Virus record (IMG/VR): IMGVR_UViG_3300008259_000098
Span: 1 to 52,449 of that record
Reading direction: 5' to 3' (one strand)
Source of the DNA: a virus
Lineage: Duplodnaviria; Caudoviricetes
Length of the DNA: 52,449 nt
The translations under genes were made by a program, and so were the position numbers. Of the stretch, positions 1-10,141 are shown one piece after another. The notes beneath the pieces were generated by a model. That model had not been told where the DNA came from. It did not search any database and saw nothing but the letters and a program-made list of their open reading frames with translations. Position 1 is the first letter of the stretch. Each line of letters opens with the position of its first letter.

Positions 1-2
1 CA

Positions 3-209
3 ATAATTACAGAAAAAAATTATAATATTTATTATATTGATGACATAATAAAAAATCAAATTAAAAATATTTTATTATCTAAATATAATATAGTATGGTC
101 AGAAATGGAAGATATTAATGATTATATTATTATAATAAAAAACTTATTTAGAATAAAAAACGCTATGTATCAAAGAGATAATGACTATTATGCTAATTGG
201 TATGATTAA
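3..209 (+). CDS. 3' end of a hypothetical protein truncated by the window edge
   Basis: Frame 3 is open from 3 to TAA at 207-209 (IITEKNYNIYY...YYANWYD*), 10 nt before the next ATG. Confidence 0.6.
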   Translation: MITEKNYNIYYIDDIIKNQIKNILLSKYNIVWSEMEDINDYIIIIKNLFRIKNAMYQRDNDYYANWYD

Positions 210-219
210 TAATTAAAAT

Positions 220-1131
220 ATGGAAAATAACAATAAAATTAATTTAGAAACTATTTATAGTGCTGTGTGGAATAATATTAATTCAACACAAAAGAATTTC
301 CAAGTTATGAGTAATCTAGAATATTACTTAAATAATGCATTAACAATTGATAATGTTATTAATAATTTTATAAAATTAATAGAACAAAAAATTGTTATGA
401 TACCTTTAAAATTAGTAAATGTTGATGTAAATACTAATTTTAAACAAAGTATTATAAATACTGAATCTGTAACAAAAGAATTACAAAATTTGTTTAATGC
501 TAGAGTAGATGTAGATTATTATTTTAATAGTATGACTGATAATTTCCCTTATTATTTAGAAACTGACTATAAAATAAAATTAAATAAAACTTGTGATTTT
601 GCATTAGTTTATTTTCAACAAAATAGCAATAAAACAAATGAATTATTAAATAATATAAAAGAAACTTTTCAAGAATATGATATTAAATCAAATACTTATA
701 ATAATATTAAAGAGTGTATAATAAAAAGCAATGCTAATTATCATAAACTTATTAATAGTAAAAATAAGATGTTGACTAGTATAGAAAGATATAATAATAA
801 GATTATTGAAATTGATAAAGAATTATCTGAAATTGAACAATCAATTTTAACTTATAATATTATTAACGATGCTAAAGATGATTTTGCTTCATATAAAGAA
901 AATTGTTTTAAAAGTATTTTTAATATAAATAAAAAAAATAATTTAATATCTGATATTATAAATACTAAGACAAAAGTTTACTATAAATTTAATGATACGC
1001 CTACAGAAATAGCTTATAGTACTCAAAGTCAGATAATTCAAGATTATATTAATAGTTTAAATAAGTATGATTTAAATTCTGATGTAGTACCTTCTGATGA
1101 ATCATCAACATTTGATTTTGATATAAATTAA
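220..1131 (+). CDS. Hypothetical Asn/Ile/Lys-rich protein with probable coiled coil
   Basis: 303-aa ORF tightly packed in the operon; no motif recognised. Confidence 0.7.
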   Translation: MENNNKINLETIYSAVWNNINSTQKNFQVMSNLEYYLNNALTIDNVINNFIKLIEQKIVMIPLKLVNVDVNTNFKQSIINTESVTKELQNLFNARVDVDYYFNSMTDNFPYYLETDYKIKLNKTCDFALVYFQQNSNKTNELLNNIKETFQEYDIKSNTYNNIKECIIKSNANYHKLINSKNKMLTSIERYNNKIIEIDKELSEIEQSILTYNIINDAKDDFASYKENCFKSIFNINKKNNLISDIINTKTKVYYKFNDTPTEIAYSTQSQIIQDYINSLNKYDLNSDVVPSDESSTFDFDIN

Positions 1132-1133
1132 AT

Positions 1134-1778
1134 ATGAGTCAATTAAAATTATTAATTAAAAAATTACTTAACAATGGTATAGATTTTCAAGAGTACTTAT
1201 TATTATATTCTTTACATACTAAAGATACTGATATAATTTGTGATTATCATGATATAGAACCATATACTAGTTATATATTAACTAATTTAACAAGAAAACA
1301 ACTTATATGTAGAATTGTAGAAAATACTTATTCAGTATCATTAGAAGATTTATATTCAAATAATCTTAGATTAACATTACAAGGAGAATTAATCTTTAAA
1401 GATTTTGTTAAAAGTGCTCCTGGTAATGAAAAATTAGTGCCTTACAAAGTATCTTGGATAGAAGAGTATTATGATTTATTTCCTAAAGGTATAAAATCAG
1501 GTGGTTTTTATGTAAGGAGTAGTATACAAGATTGTAGTAATAAAATGTTTAAATTTCTTAATGATAATCCTCAATTTACAAAAGATATAATTCTTGATGC
1601 CACCAAGAGTTATATTAAAGATTGTGAAGCAAGGAATTATGATAAGATGAAATTAGCTCCATACTTTATAGTTAAAGATGGAACTAGCATGTTATCTGGT
1701 TATTGTGAAGCCTATGTCCAAGGTATTAATGATAATCAAGATACATATAAAATAAGTAATGATTTAGAAGGAGTATAA
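1134..1778 (+). CDS. Putative replication initiator/helicase-loader-like protein
   Basis: 214 aa directly upstream of the helicase; possible N-terminal winged helix; function inferred mostly from position. Confidence 0.5.
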   Translation: MSQLKLLIKKLLNNGIDFQEYLLLYSLHTKDTDIICDYHDIEPYTSYILTNLTRKQLICRIVENTYSVSLEDLYSNNLRLTLQGELIFKDFVKSAPGNEKLVPYKVSWIEEYYDLFPKGIKSGGFYVRSSIQDCSNKMFKFLNDNPQFTKDIILDATKSYIKDCEARNYDKMKLAPYFIVKDGTSMLSGYCEAYVQGINDNQDTYKISNDLEGV

Positions 1779-1787
1779 AAGTAAAGA

Positions 1788-2840
1788 ATGAGTGATTTAA
1801 AGCTTAGGATAGAAGAGGGGTTAGAAGGTAAATATGTAGGTCTATCTAACGGTTTTAATAGATTAAATAATTACATATTTGGTGTTCAAAGAAAGTGTAA
1901 AACCCTTATCGGTGGTAGTTCAGGTACTGGTAAGACTACTTTGTGTGATTATATGATTAGTAATGCTATTCAAGATGCTGATAAAAAAGATATAAAACTA
2001 GATGTGTTTTATTACTCTTATGAGATTGATAAAGTTACTAAGCAATGTAATTGGTTAAGCTCTATTATTTATAACAAATATGGAATTATAATTCCTCCTG
2101 AAACAATTAAAGGTTTAGGTCAAAATAGGTTATCTCAATCTGAACTAGAAATAGTTAATAAGGAAATACCTGTTATGGAACAAATGTTTTCTAGAATAAA
2201 CTTCTATTTCAAACCAGAGAACCCTACAGGTATGTACTTTACATTGTGGGAACACTGTAAGAACCAAGGTAAGTTTACTTATGAAAATTATATTGATCAT
2301 GCAGGTAATCAGAAACAAAAGATTGTAAGCTTTAAAGCTAATGATCCAAATTGGCAATGCGTAGTAGTTTTAGATCACTTATCTTTAATGAGTTTAGAGA
2401 GAGGATTCTCTGTAAAGGAAAACATTGATAAGTGGTCTGAATATTGCGTAGAATTGTCCAACCAGTTTGGTATAAGTTTCTTTAATATTAGCCAATTTAA
2501 TGACTCACTATCTAGTGTAGAGCGTAGTAAACTTAAAGGTGTTGATATTTCACCACAACAAAGTGACTTTAAGAATACTAGGAATCCATATGATGATAGT
2601 GATGTTGTTATTGGTCTAATGAATCCTTGGAAATTAGATATGAGAGAATGCCTAAAGTATAAACTTCATGACTTTAGAAGTAGTTTTGTAATGCTAAAGA
2701 TTATTAAGAATAGATTATCTGTTGACAATATTGCAATAGGTACTTTATTTAACGCTAGAGCTGGTACATTTATAGAATTACCTAAAGTAGATGAAATGAC
2801 TGATACTTTATATCAAGAGTATTTAAATAAATTAAAGTAA
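1788..2840 (+). CDS. dnaB: DnaB-like (SF4) replicative helicase
   Basis: Walker A GSSGTGKT, YSYE, Walker B VVLDH, ISQFN and KIIKNR motifs. Confidence 0.9.
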   Translation: MSDLKLRIEEGLEGKYVGLSNGFNRLNNYIFGVQRKCKTLIGGSSGTGKTTLCDYMISNAIQDADKKDIKLDVFYYSYEIDKVTKQCNWLSSIIYNKYGIIIPPETIKGLGQNRLSQSELEIVNKEIPVMEQMFSRINFYFKPENPTGMYFTLWEHCKNQGKFTYENYIDHAGNQKQKIVSFKANDPNWQCVVVLDHLSLMSLERGFSVKENIDKWSEYCVELSNQFGISFFNISQFNDSLSSVERSKLKGVDISPQQSDFKNTRNPYDDSDVVIGLMNPWKLDMRECLKYKLHDFRSSFVMLKIIKNRLSVDNIAIGTLFNARAGTFIELPKVDEMTDTLYQEYLNKLK

Positions 2841-2859
2841 AAACAATTAAAATAACTAA

Positions 2860-3606
2860 ATGGGTGTAGATGTAGAAAAGAGTAGTAAAGTTATTTTACC
2901 AACTAGTAGAATTCCTCCTAGTAGAAAATCTCCAGGAGTATTGGTAATTTATTCTAAACCAAAAGCAGGTAAAACAAGTCTAATTTCTCAATTAGATAAT
3001 TGTTTGCTTTTAGATTTTGAGAAAGGTAGTGATTTTGTAGATGCTATGAAAGTAACTATTAATGATTTATCTGATCTTAGAATGTATGGTGAAGAAATAA
3101 AGAAAGCAGGTAAACCTTATAAGTATATTGCTGTAGATACTGTCACAGCTTTAGAAGATATGGTTATGCCACTTGCTATAAAAAAGTATAAGGAAACTCC
3201 TATGGGTAAAAACTTTGATGGTGAAAGTGTTCTTAAACTACCTAACGGTGCAGGTTATCTTTATTTAAGAGAGGCATTCTTTGATGTTGTTGATTATATA
3301 AAGACTTTATCACACAATACAATATTCCTAGGACATTTAAAAGATAAGTCTATTGAAGTTAAAGGTAAAGAAGTTATGGCTGCTGATATTGATTTAACAG
3401 GTAAACTTAAAAGTTTATTATGTTCAACTGCAGATGCTATTGGTTTTTTACATAGAGATGGAGATGATACTGTACTTAATTTTAATAGTACTGATTTAAT
3501 TACATGTGGTGCTAGACCAGAACACTTGAGAAATCAAGAACTTGTAGTAGCAACTATGAAAAACAATAAGTTAGAAACTTATTGGAATAAAATCTATATT
3601 GATTAA
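2860..3606 (+). CDS. AAA-family (Sak4-like) ATPase
   Basis: Walker A YSKPKAGKT, LLLDFEKG, Walker B IAVDT, FLGH; followed by an SSB-like gene. Confidence 0.8.
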   Translation: MGVDVEKSSKVILPTSRIPPSRKSPGVLVIYSKPKAGKTSLISQLDNCLLLDFEKGSDFVDAMKVTINDLSDLRMYGEEIKKAGKPYKYIAVDTVTALEDMVMPLAIKKYKETPMGKNFDGESVLKLPNGAGYLYLREAFFDVVDYIKTLSHNTIFLGHLKDKSIEVKGKEVMAADIDLTGKLKSLLCSTADAIGFLHRDGDDTVLNFNSTDLITCGARPEHLRNQELVVATMKNNKLETYWNKIYID

Positions 3607-3669
3607 TAGATATATAATAATTTACATAAGCAAGGTCCAATTTATTTTTAACTTTTTAAACAACAAAAT

Positions 3670-4209
3670 ATGAGCAATATTACATTTAATTTCAGTGACG
3701 TTCAAGCAGGTTCAAGTGCAAAACCAAGTATTAAGCCAGGTATACATGAAAATGTAACACTAGGTAGTATCACATCAGAAACAACTCCTAATGGTAAAGC
3801 AGTAATTCGTGTACCATTTAGTTTAGATAATGGTGCAGAACTTAATATTGATATGTCTATGGAAGGTAATGCTCCTCAATATACTATGAGGAAATTAAAA
3901 CATTTAATGACTAAAGTTGTTGATGAATCAGTAGTTAATTCTGCAACAACAATTCAAGATATTAACAAAATTCTTAGTGGTAAGAAACTAAGAATTAAAT
4001 TTACAGGTGAAGAGTATGTATCTCAACGTGATGGTAAAGTATATGTTAAGACTGTATTAGGTCTTCCTAACTTTGCTGAGCCTATGACTATTTCAAATGA
4101 AATGAGTGCACTTACTTATAATCCTAATATTGAATATGATTTAAAACGTGTAAATAAAGCTACTGTAGACGCTAATAGTGTTAAAGTAACTGATGATTTA
4201 CCGTTTTAA
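3670..4209 (+). CDS. Single-stranded DNA-binding protein (phage type)
   Basis: Acidic C-terminal tail TDDLPF; lies between the ATPase and the primase. Confidence 0.75.
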   Translation: MSNITFNFSDVQAGSSAKPSIKPGIHENVTLGSITSETTPNGKAVIRVPFSLDNGAELNIDMSMEGNAPQYTMRKLKHLMTKVVDESVVNSATTIQDINKILSGKKLRIKFTGEEYVSQRDGKVYVKTVLGLPNFAEPMTISNEMSALTYNPNIEYDLKRVNKATVDANSVKVTDDLPF

Positions 4210-4266
4210 TCTAAACAATATTAAATTAAATTAATTATTAATTATTAATTAACATAAATCTAGGTT

Positions 4267-5289
4267 ATGTTTGATTTTTCAACTGTTAAATCCGAAGATT
4301 CTTACATAACCAAAGATTTTGTGTTAAGTAGGCTATCTGATCAACAAATTATTGAGTATTATCTTAATACCAAATTACAATATAGTAATCTAATATCCTC
4401 TCCTTTTAGAGAGGATAAAAATCCAAGTTTTGGTATAAAATATAATGGTGATAAATTTATTGCTAAAGACTTTAGTACAAATGAAACATTCGATTGTTTT
4501 AGTATAGTACAAAAGTTATATGGTTGTAATTTTCAGGAAGCTCTTAAAATCATTTCAAATGATTTCAAATTAATGGATATAAGTACTAATGCTACTAGAA
4601 TGTTATTTAATTCTAGTGATAATATTAGATCATCTATTAAGAAGAATATCATTACAATAGAAAAACAAGACTATACACTAACAGATAGAAATTATTGGAG
4701 TAATTATCATATTGATACAGAAACTCTTAGACTATTTAATGTGCATAGTTGTAAATATGTATGGTTGAATGGTACTTTGTGTCGTATATACAATTATAAA
4801 AATCCTGTATATGCGTATGAATTCCATCAATCATACAAAATCTATTGTCCTTTAACCCAAAACAAGAAGACTAAATGGCTGTTTTCTGGTAGTCAAAATG
4901 ATATAGAGGGATATGACTATTTTATGACCAAGTGTTTATTGGATCCCAGTAAGAAGTTTACTTCTGAAAACATCCTAATTATAACCAAGAGTTTAAAAGA
5001 TGTCATGTGTCTATATAAATTGGGGTACCAAAGTATAAGTTTACAAGGCGAAATGAATTCATTATCTAATAAGATTTATGAAGAGGTAAAACAACGTGGT
5101 ATTGAATATATTTATTCATTATATGATAATGACAAAGGAGGTAAACAGGGTACTGCTCATCTCATAAATACTTATAAAGATATAACACCTTTGTTCATAC
5201 CTGACCAATATGGTACTAAAGATCTTAGTGATTTTATTAGAGTATATGGATTAAGTGATGCTCAAATGTTGATAGATAGCTTACTATAA
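4267..5289 (+). CDS. dnaG: DnaG-type DNA primase
   Basis: N-terminal SPFREDKNPSF segment; TOPRIM-like IITKSLKDVM, YDND and KDLSD motifs. Confidence 0.85.
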   Translation: MFDFSTVKSEDSYITKDFVLSRLSDQQIIEYYLNTKLQYSNLISSPFREDKNPSFGIKYNGDKFIAKDFSTNETFDCFSIVQKLYGCNFQEALKIISNDFKLMDISTNATRMLFNSSDNIRSSIKKNIITIEKQDYTLTDRNYWSNYHIDTETLRLFNVHSCKYVWLNGTLCRIYNYKNPVYAYEFHQSYKIYCPLTQNKKTKWLFSGSQNDIEGYDYFMTKCLLDPSKKFTSENILIITKSLKDVMCLYKLGYQSISLQGEMNSLSNKIYEEVKQRGIEYIYSLYDNDKGGKQGTAHLINTYKDITPLFIPDQYGTKDLSDFIRVYGLSDAQMLIDSLL

Positions 5290-5309
5290 CACATTTAATA
5301 TAGATTATT

Positions 5310-5897
5310 GTGGGATATAGAATAGAAGAGAAAGATATAATCTATCAGGTAAGCATCGAAGATTACATAGAATATGTAACTCTTAGTAACAAAAGAAGAC
5401 CTGTTTATTATAAGAAAACAGATAAGATACCTAAAAAGTATCAAAATAATAAGTATAATTTTAATAAATCAGGTGAACTTATAAATATTGAAAATAATGA
5501 AAAAGTATTAAAAAATATTCGTAGTGTCGGTAAACCTAAATATAAAAAAATATCTGGTCAGGATATTTGGGTAGGTCTTAATCACAATCTTAGAAATAAG
5601 ATTGCTAATGAGGTTAAGAAATTCTTTTATAAACATTTAAAGGATTTAAAAGTAATACCTAAACAATTATATCCATTAGGAGTTGATATTAAATTTATTA
5701 AACCTAAAGGTAGTAATAATTGGGATTTAGATAACCTAGCTTTAATATATCGTAAGGTATTATTAGATTGTTTAAAAACTATAATAGGTGCTGATGATTC
5801 TGTTGAATTTATAAGAGAAATACCTACCAGATATTGTCCTAGTCTAGATGAAAGTCGAAAACTCATTATAACAATTTATACTATAAATGATGAATAA
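5310..5897 (+). CDS. RusA-like Holliday junction resolvase with N-terminal extension
   Basis: WDLDNL...KVLLDCL...DDS pattern of RusA acidic residues; GTG start. Confidence 0.65.
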   Translation: MGYRIEEKDIIYQVSIEDYIEYVTLSNKRRPVYYKKTDKIPKKYQNNKYNFNKSGELINIENNEKVLKNIRSVGKPKYKKISGQDIWVGLNHNLRNKIANEVKKFFYKHLKDLKVIPKQLYPLGVDIKFIKPKGSNNWDLDNLALIYRKVLLDCLKTIIGADDSVEFIREIPTRYCPSLDESRKLIITIYTINDE

Positions 5898-6156
5898 CTA
5901 TGCTGAAAAAGCGATTAAAAGTGAACAAGTTACTTTAGATTCATTAACAGTAGCTCAAGATTTAGCTGATATATTTATAAAAGATAAATATAAGTCTTCT
6001 GAAGATATATTTGATTATGATGAAACAAATGATTGTTACATATATAAAGAAGATATTCAAGTTGAATATGAGGCTATTGTTGATAATTTAAATGACTATT
6101 TAATTAATCAATATAGTAATATTAGTGTATATGATAAATACAAAAGACAAGAATAA
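5887..6156 (+). CDS. Hypothetical acidic protein
   Basis: 89-aa ORF overlapping both neighbours. Confidence 0.65.
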   Translation: MMNNYAEKAIKSEQVTLDSLTVAQDLADIFIKDKYKSSEDIFDYDETNDCYIYKEDIQVEYEAIVDNLNDYLINQYSNISVYDKYKRQE

Positions 6157-6463
6157 AACTTTTTATTCTGAAAAACTACTTAATGCTGTTGAAGCTAAAT
6201 TTGGAATACATTCAAATGAATATGAAGCAGCAATTAATGGAGATTATGCTTTAGGTAGTATGATCGAAGAATACTGTTATCCTGATCAAATTCCTGCAGA
6301 TCAGTTTATAATTGCTTATGAACAAAGTGATGACGAATTATGGCGTTATTACCAAATGTTTATACAAAATCAAGATTATAGAAAAATATATAATATGTGG
6401 TTAGAAGCAATGCATGCTGAAGAAGTAGAAAATCATGTAGAGTTTGTAGAATATGCAGAATAA
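6125..6463 (+). CDS. Hypothetical acidic protein (start may be slightly downstream)
   Basis: 112-aa ORF filling the operon gap. Confidence 0.65.
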   Translation: MYMINTKDKNKTFYSEKLLNAVEAKFGIHSNEYEAAINGDYALGSMIEEYCYPDQIPADQFIIAYEQSDDELWRYYQMFIQNQDYRKIYNMWLEAMHAEEVENHVEFVEYAE

Positions 6464-7325
6464 CACAAAAATTAATATTAATAGTCAACTAAGAAGTTCT
6501 TTAGTTGACTATATTAATAACATAAAAATTATACAAAAAGATAACTATAAAGTGGCTGTTATAGATGCTGATAGTATAATTTATGCAACAGCTGTTGATA
6601 AAAAACAGACTGATGAACAAATAGAGCAATATGGTAATCAAATTGAAAGAAGTTTAGATGATGTGATAAATGAATTTAATATTTATTTCACAAATATCTT
6701 AATAAATTCAGGTTGTATATACTATGTAGCATTATTGACAGGAGGTTCTCATAGATATAGTTTATATCCAGAGTATAAAGCTAATAGAAAGAAATTAGAA
6801 AAACCTAAACATCTTAAAGAATTAATTAATTATTGTATTGATAATTGGAATTTTACTAAGATAGAAGGTTTTGAAGCTGATGATTTAGTTAATGTGGCTA
6901 ATAACTATTTTAAAAACGAACGTATTTCTACTGTATTAGTACATACAGATAAGGATTTAAACCAAATTGAGGGTACTCATTATAATTATAAAATTAATGA
7001 ATTCTATGAAGTTGATAGTAGTGAAGCATCTTATAACTTATGGACACAAGTTATAGTTGGTGATTTTACTGATAATATTAAAGGATTAAAAGGTAAAGGT
7101 AAAGCATTTGCTTATAAACTTTTACTTAATTTAGATGATAATATGTCTATGAGGTCAATAGTTTTAGATGCTTATACTGATGTATTAAGTGAACAAATAG
7201 GTATTAATGAGTTTGCTTTAAACTATAATTTAGTTAAGTTATTAGATAATATCAAAGATGTTGAAACATTTATTCCTACTAAGATAGAAGAAGTCATTAA
7301 TTTTGAAGTAACATTAAATATATAA
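6453..7325 (+). CDS. 5'-3' exonuclease (PolI N-terminal/T7 gp6-like flap nuclease)
   Basis: IDADS, YKANR, EADD, DKDL and GDFTDNIKG motifs. Confidence 0.9.
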   Translation: MQNNTKININSQLRSSLVDYINNIKIIQKDNYKVAVIDADSIIYATAVDKKQTDEQIEQYGNQIERSLDDVINEFNIYFTNILINSGCIYYVALLTGGSHRYSLYPEYKANRKKLEKPKHLKELINYCIDNWNFTKIEGFEADDLVNVANNYFKNERISTVLVHTDKDLNQIEGTHYNYKINEFYEVDSSEASYNLWTQVIVGDFTDNIKGLKGKGKAFAYKLLLNLDDNMSMRSIVLDAYTDVLSEQIGINEFALNYNLVKLLDNIKDVETFIPTKIEEVINFEVTLNI

Positions 7326-7341
7326 TAATTAGTAATTAAGG

Positions 7342-7908
7342 ATGATTGTTGTGGAGAATGAGGAAACTAATAATAAAAAATCTAATTTTGATTATGATAA
7401 GTTAACAAAAGCTAGAGTATTTATTAGATGTATGTTAGGTTATCCTTTTGATTTTTATGGTGAAGATTTTCATAACTGTTATATAGGTAAATCTGATAGT
7501 GTAGTATATTTAGTATATAAAAAACCTATTAAAGAAGTTTATAGTTTTAATAAGGTAAATGAAATACTAAGTACAGATGAATATTATTGTGGAACAAAAT
7601 CTACAGATAATTGGCACATTATTAAGATGAATATACCTCAACAGTATGTGAATGATTATTATAAATTTATTGAGGGTAAATATTCTAAAATGTCTGAAGA
7701 CTATAAAGAAAATCTATTAAATTTATTATTAAAATATGATTTGACTAAAATAGTTTATAAGAAAATTAAAGAATGTTTATACCCTACTAAAGAAGCTAGA
7801 AAAAAGCTTGAAGATGAACTTAATGTAACATTAAGTTTAGATGCTGAAATTATGAGTATACCAAATTTAGATATTGAAATTTATAAAGATGAACACTTTA
7901 AACACTAA
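7342..7908 (+). CDS. Hypothetical phage protein
   Basis: 188-aa ORF; no function recognised. Confidence 0.7.
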   Translation: MIVVENEETNNKKSNFDYDKLTKARVFIRCMLGYPFDFYGEDFHNCYIGKSDSVVYLVYKKPIKEVYSFNKVNEILSTDEYYCGTKSTDNWHIIKMNIPQQYVNDYYKFIEGKYSKMSEDYKENLLNLLLKYDLTKIVYKKIKECLYPTKEARKKLEDELNVTLSLDAEIMSIPNLDIEIYKDEHFKH

Positions 7909-7912
7909 TGAT

Positions 7913-8275
7913 ATGGCTACAAAGTTTGATAAAGGTAAACCTAGTTTTACTAGTATACCTCAAAAAGCTTTATTAGAAGTAGCAAAAGGTTTTACTGTTG
8001 GATTAAATAAATATGGACAATTTAATTATTCCAAACGTATGCCTGTAACTAGGTATTTAGATGCACTACATAGACATTTAAATCAATATCTAACTAATGC
8101 AGATAAGAATGATATAGATGAATCTAATGTACATCATTTAGCTTTAGTGGCTTGTAATGCGATGATGGCTTTAGATAGTATTTTATTAAATACTGTAATT
8201 GATGATAGAAATAGTGTATATATTACAAAAGACACTGTAGAAAGTAATAACCAAACAAAATTAATATTTGAATAA
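7913..8275 (+). CDS. dATP/dGTP diphosphohydrolase-like protein (DUF5664 type)
   Basis: KFDKGKP...GLNKYGQFNY...YLDALHRHL...DESNVHHLALVACN pattern; ATG 7913 preferred to the overlapping start at 7874. Confidence 0.8.
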   Translation: MATKFDKGKPSFTSIPQKALLEVAKGFTVGLNKYGQFNYSKRMPVTRYLDALHRHLNQYLTNADKNDIDESNVHHLALVACNAMMALDSILLNTVIDDRNSVYITKDTVESNNQTKLIFE

Positions 8276-8762
8276 AATTATGGAAGAAGAAACATTAAAG
8301 TATGCTGAAGACGTTAATTCTAATTATGTGTATGTAAAATTAAAAAAGTTACATCCTCAAGCTCAGATGCCTGTGTATGCTAATTTAACTGATGCTGGTG
8401 CAGATTTAACAGCAGTTAGTGTAACACATGTACCAGCTACACCTGAAGAAGCTGCGTATTATGAGTATGGTACTGGTATTGCTATAAAAATTCCTGAAAG
8501 TTATGCTGGTTTTATTTATCCTAGAAGTAGTGTATCTAAGAAAGATTTATTTTTAGCTAATGCTGTAGGTGTAATAGATTCTGGTTATGTAGGTGAAATA
8601 AAGCTGCGTTTTAAGTATAAAACTAATCCTAAGATTTATAATGTAGGAGATAAAATAGGTCAACTAATTGTAATGCCTGTACCTACTATTCATTTTAGTG
8701 AAGTACATGAATTACCTATAACTGATAGAGGAAATGGAGGATTCGGTAGCACAGGAAAATAA
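8268..8762 (+). CDS. dut: Trimeric dUTPase
   Basis: AGADL, PRSS, GVIDSGYVGE, KIGQL and RGNGGFGSTG motifs. Confidence 0.95.
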   Translation: MNKIMEEETLKYAEDVNSNYVYVKLKKLHPQAQMPVYANLTDAGADLTAVSVTHVPATPEEAAYYEYGTGIAIKIPESYAGFIYPRSSVSKKDLFLANAVGVIDSGYVGEIKLRFKYKTNPKIYNVGDKIGQLIVMPVPTIHFSEVHELPITDRGNGGFGSTGK

Positions 8763-8955
8763 TAGTCAATATACAATAGCTGACTATGTAGCTGAATTAT
8801 TAGGTATAAAAACTGATCAAGTTAATATTCTTTATGGTAGTTGTAATGAAGAAGAAAGAACTATTATTAAAGAATATTTAATAGCTGATTATGATGAACC
8901 AAAACCTAATGTTCAAGAAATTATTAATAAATATTTAAATAATGAAAGTAACTGA
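8734..8955 (+). CDS. Hypothetical protein
   Basis: 73-aa ORF overlapping both neighbours. Confidence 0.6.
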   Translation: MEDSVAQENNSQYTIADYVAELLGIKTDQVNILYGSCNEEERTIIKEYLIADYDEPKPNVQEIINKYLNNESN

Positions 8956-9706
8956 TAAGAGAGTTAATAAGATCAAAAGATTATATTTTGATATAGAAAC
9001 TAGTTATAATATTGTAAAATCTTGGAGGATTGGTTATGATATTAAGCTAGATCCTAGTAGTATAATTAAAGAAAGAGCAATTATTTGTATCTGTTACAAA
9101 TGGGAAGGTGATAAAAATGTTAAATGTTTAACATGGAATAGGGGAGATGATAGTAGCATGATTCTTAAGTTCTCAGAGATCTTAAATTCAGCTGATGAAG
9201 TGGTAGGACATAATAGTGATAAATTTGACGTTAAGTGGTTTAGAACTAGATGTTTGTACCATGGAGTAGCATTAACTCCTTATATTCAGTCTATTGATAC
9301 TTTAAAAGAAGCTAAAAAACTATTCTTATTTAATTCTAATAAATTAGATTATATAAGTAAGTTTATAGGTCTTGCTGGTAAAATAGAAACTGGAGGTTTA
9401 GAGTTGTGGGATGATATTATTTTAAGAAATAACAAACAATCTTTACATAAAATGGTACAATATTGTAAGAATGATGTTATTTTATTAGAAAAAGTATTCT
9501 TAAAACTTAATCCTTATTTAAAGAATAAAATTACAAAAACTGTACGTATGGAAGGTGATGGACTACATTGCGTAGAATGTAACTCTACTAATATTAGAAA
9601 AGTTAAATTACGAATTAGTGCAGCTGGTAGATATACACAACAGTATAAATGTAATGATTGTGGTAAGTATCATTCAATTTCAATTAAAAACCCTAATAAA
9701 AAGTAA
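8942..9706 (+). CDS. DEDD/RNase H-like 3'-5' exonuclease with C-terminal Zn ribbon
   Basis: FDIET, GHNSDKFD and YCKNDV exonuclease motifs; CVEC...CNDC at the C-terminus. Confidence 0.85.
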   Translation: MKVTDKRVNKIKRLYFDIETSYNIVKSWRIGYDIKLDPSSIIKERAIICICYKWEGDKNVKCLTWNRGDDSSMILKFSEILNSADEVVGHNSDKFDVKWFRTRCLYHGVALTPYIQSIDTLKEAKKLFLFNSNKLDYISKFIGLAGKIETGGLELWDDIILRNNKQSLHKMVQYCKNDVILLEKVFLKLNPYLKNKITKTVRMEGDGLHCVECNSTNIRKVKLRISAAGRYTQQYKCNDCGKYHSISIKNPNKK

Positions 9707-9707
9707 T

Positions 9708-10040
9708 ATGGACAGATCAAAGCCAAACTATTTAAGCCAATATTTTAGTAAATTTTTAAATACTAATTCATTAGAAGAACGTATTGAATCAGAGCTTAAT
9801 AAGTCTGAAATGACTAAAAAAGTATATGAAAAAGATGGATTTATTGTAACAGAAATTAGTGGTAGAACTCCTAGTGGTGGATTTTATTCAGAAACTACTT
9901 ATGGTTATAAAGCTAATGACAATAATGCTAAAATTATTGAACAAAAAAATGCTGAATTAAATGAAGCTATAAAACAACAAGATTTTGAGAGAGCCACTAT
10001 CCTAAGAGATACAATTACTGCTCTTAAACAAAATCAGTAA
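9708..10040 (+). CDS. Small protein with C-terminal UvrB/UvrC (UVR) motif
   Basis: LNEAIKQQDFERATILRDTI matches the UVR hairpin; ATG 9708 sits just after the upstream stop. Confidence 0.7.
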   Translation: MDRSKPNYLSQYFSKFLNTNSLEERIESELNKSEMTKKVYEKDGFIVTEISGRTPSGGFYSETTYGYKANDNNAKIIEQKNAELNEAIKQQDFERATILRDTITALKQNQ

Positions 10041-10079
10041 GTACTATTCTATATATTATTAGAATAAGTTGGGAATGAC

Positions 10080-10111
10080 GAGTGTGGGGGATATATTGTA
10101 TCCCCCTACTC
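10080..10111 (+). promoter_or_regulatory. GC-rich hairpin in the RNR leader
   Basis: GAGTGTGGGGGATA-tattg-TATCCCCCTACTC inverted repeat about 30 nt before the RNR start; no U-tract. Confidence 0.5.
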
Positions 10112-10141
10112 AAATAAGTGTAGAAATTAAATAATATATAT

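Noticed and set aside
10041-10141. Cobalamin riboswitch before the B12-dependent RNR
   Set aside because: Only an isolated GGGAA; the region is short and I cannot build the conserved core.
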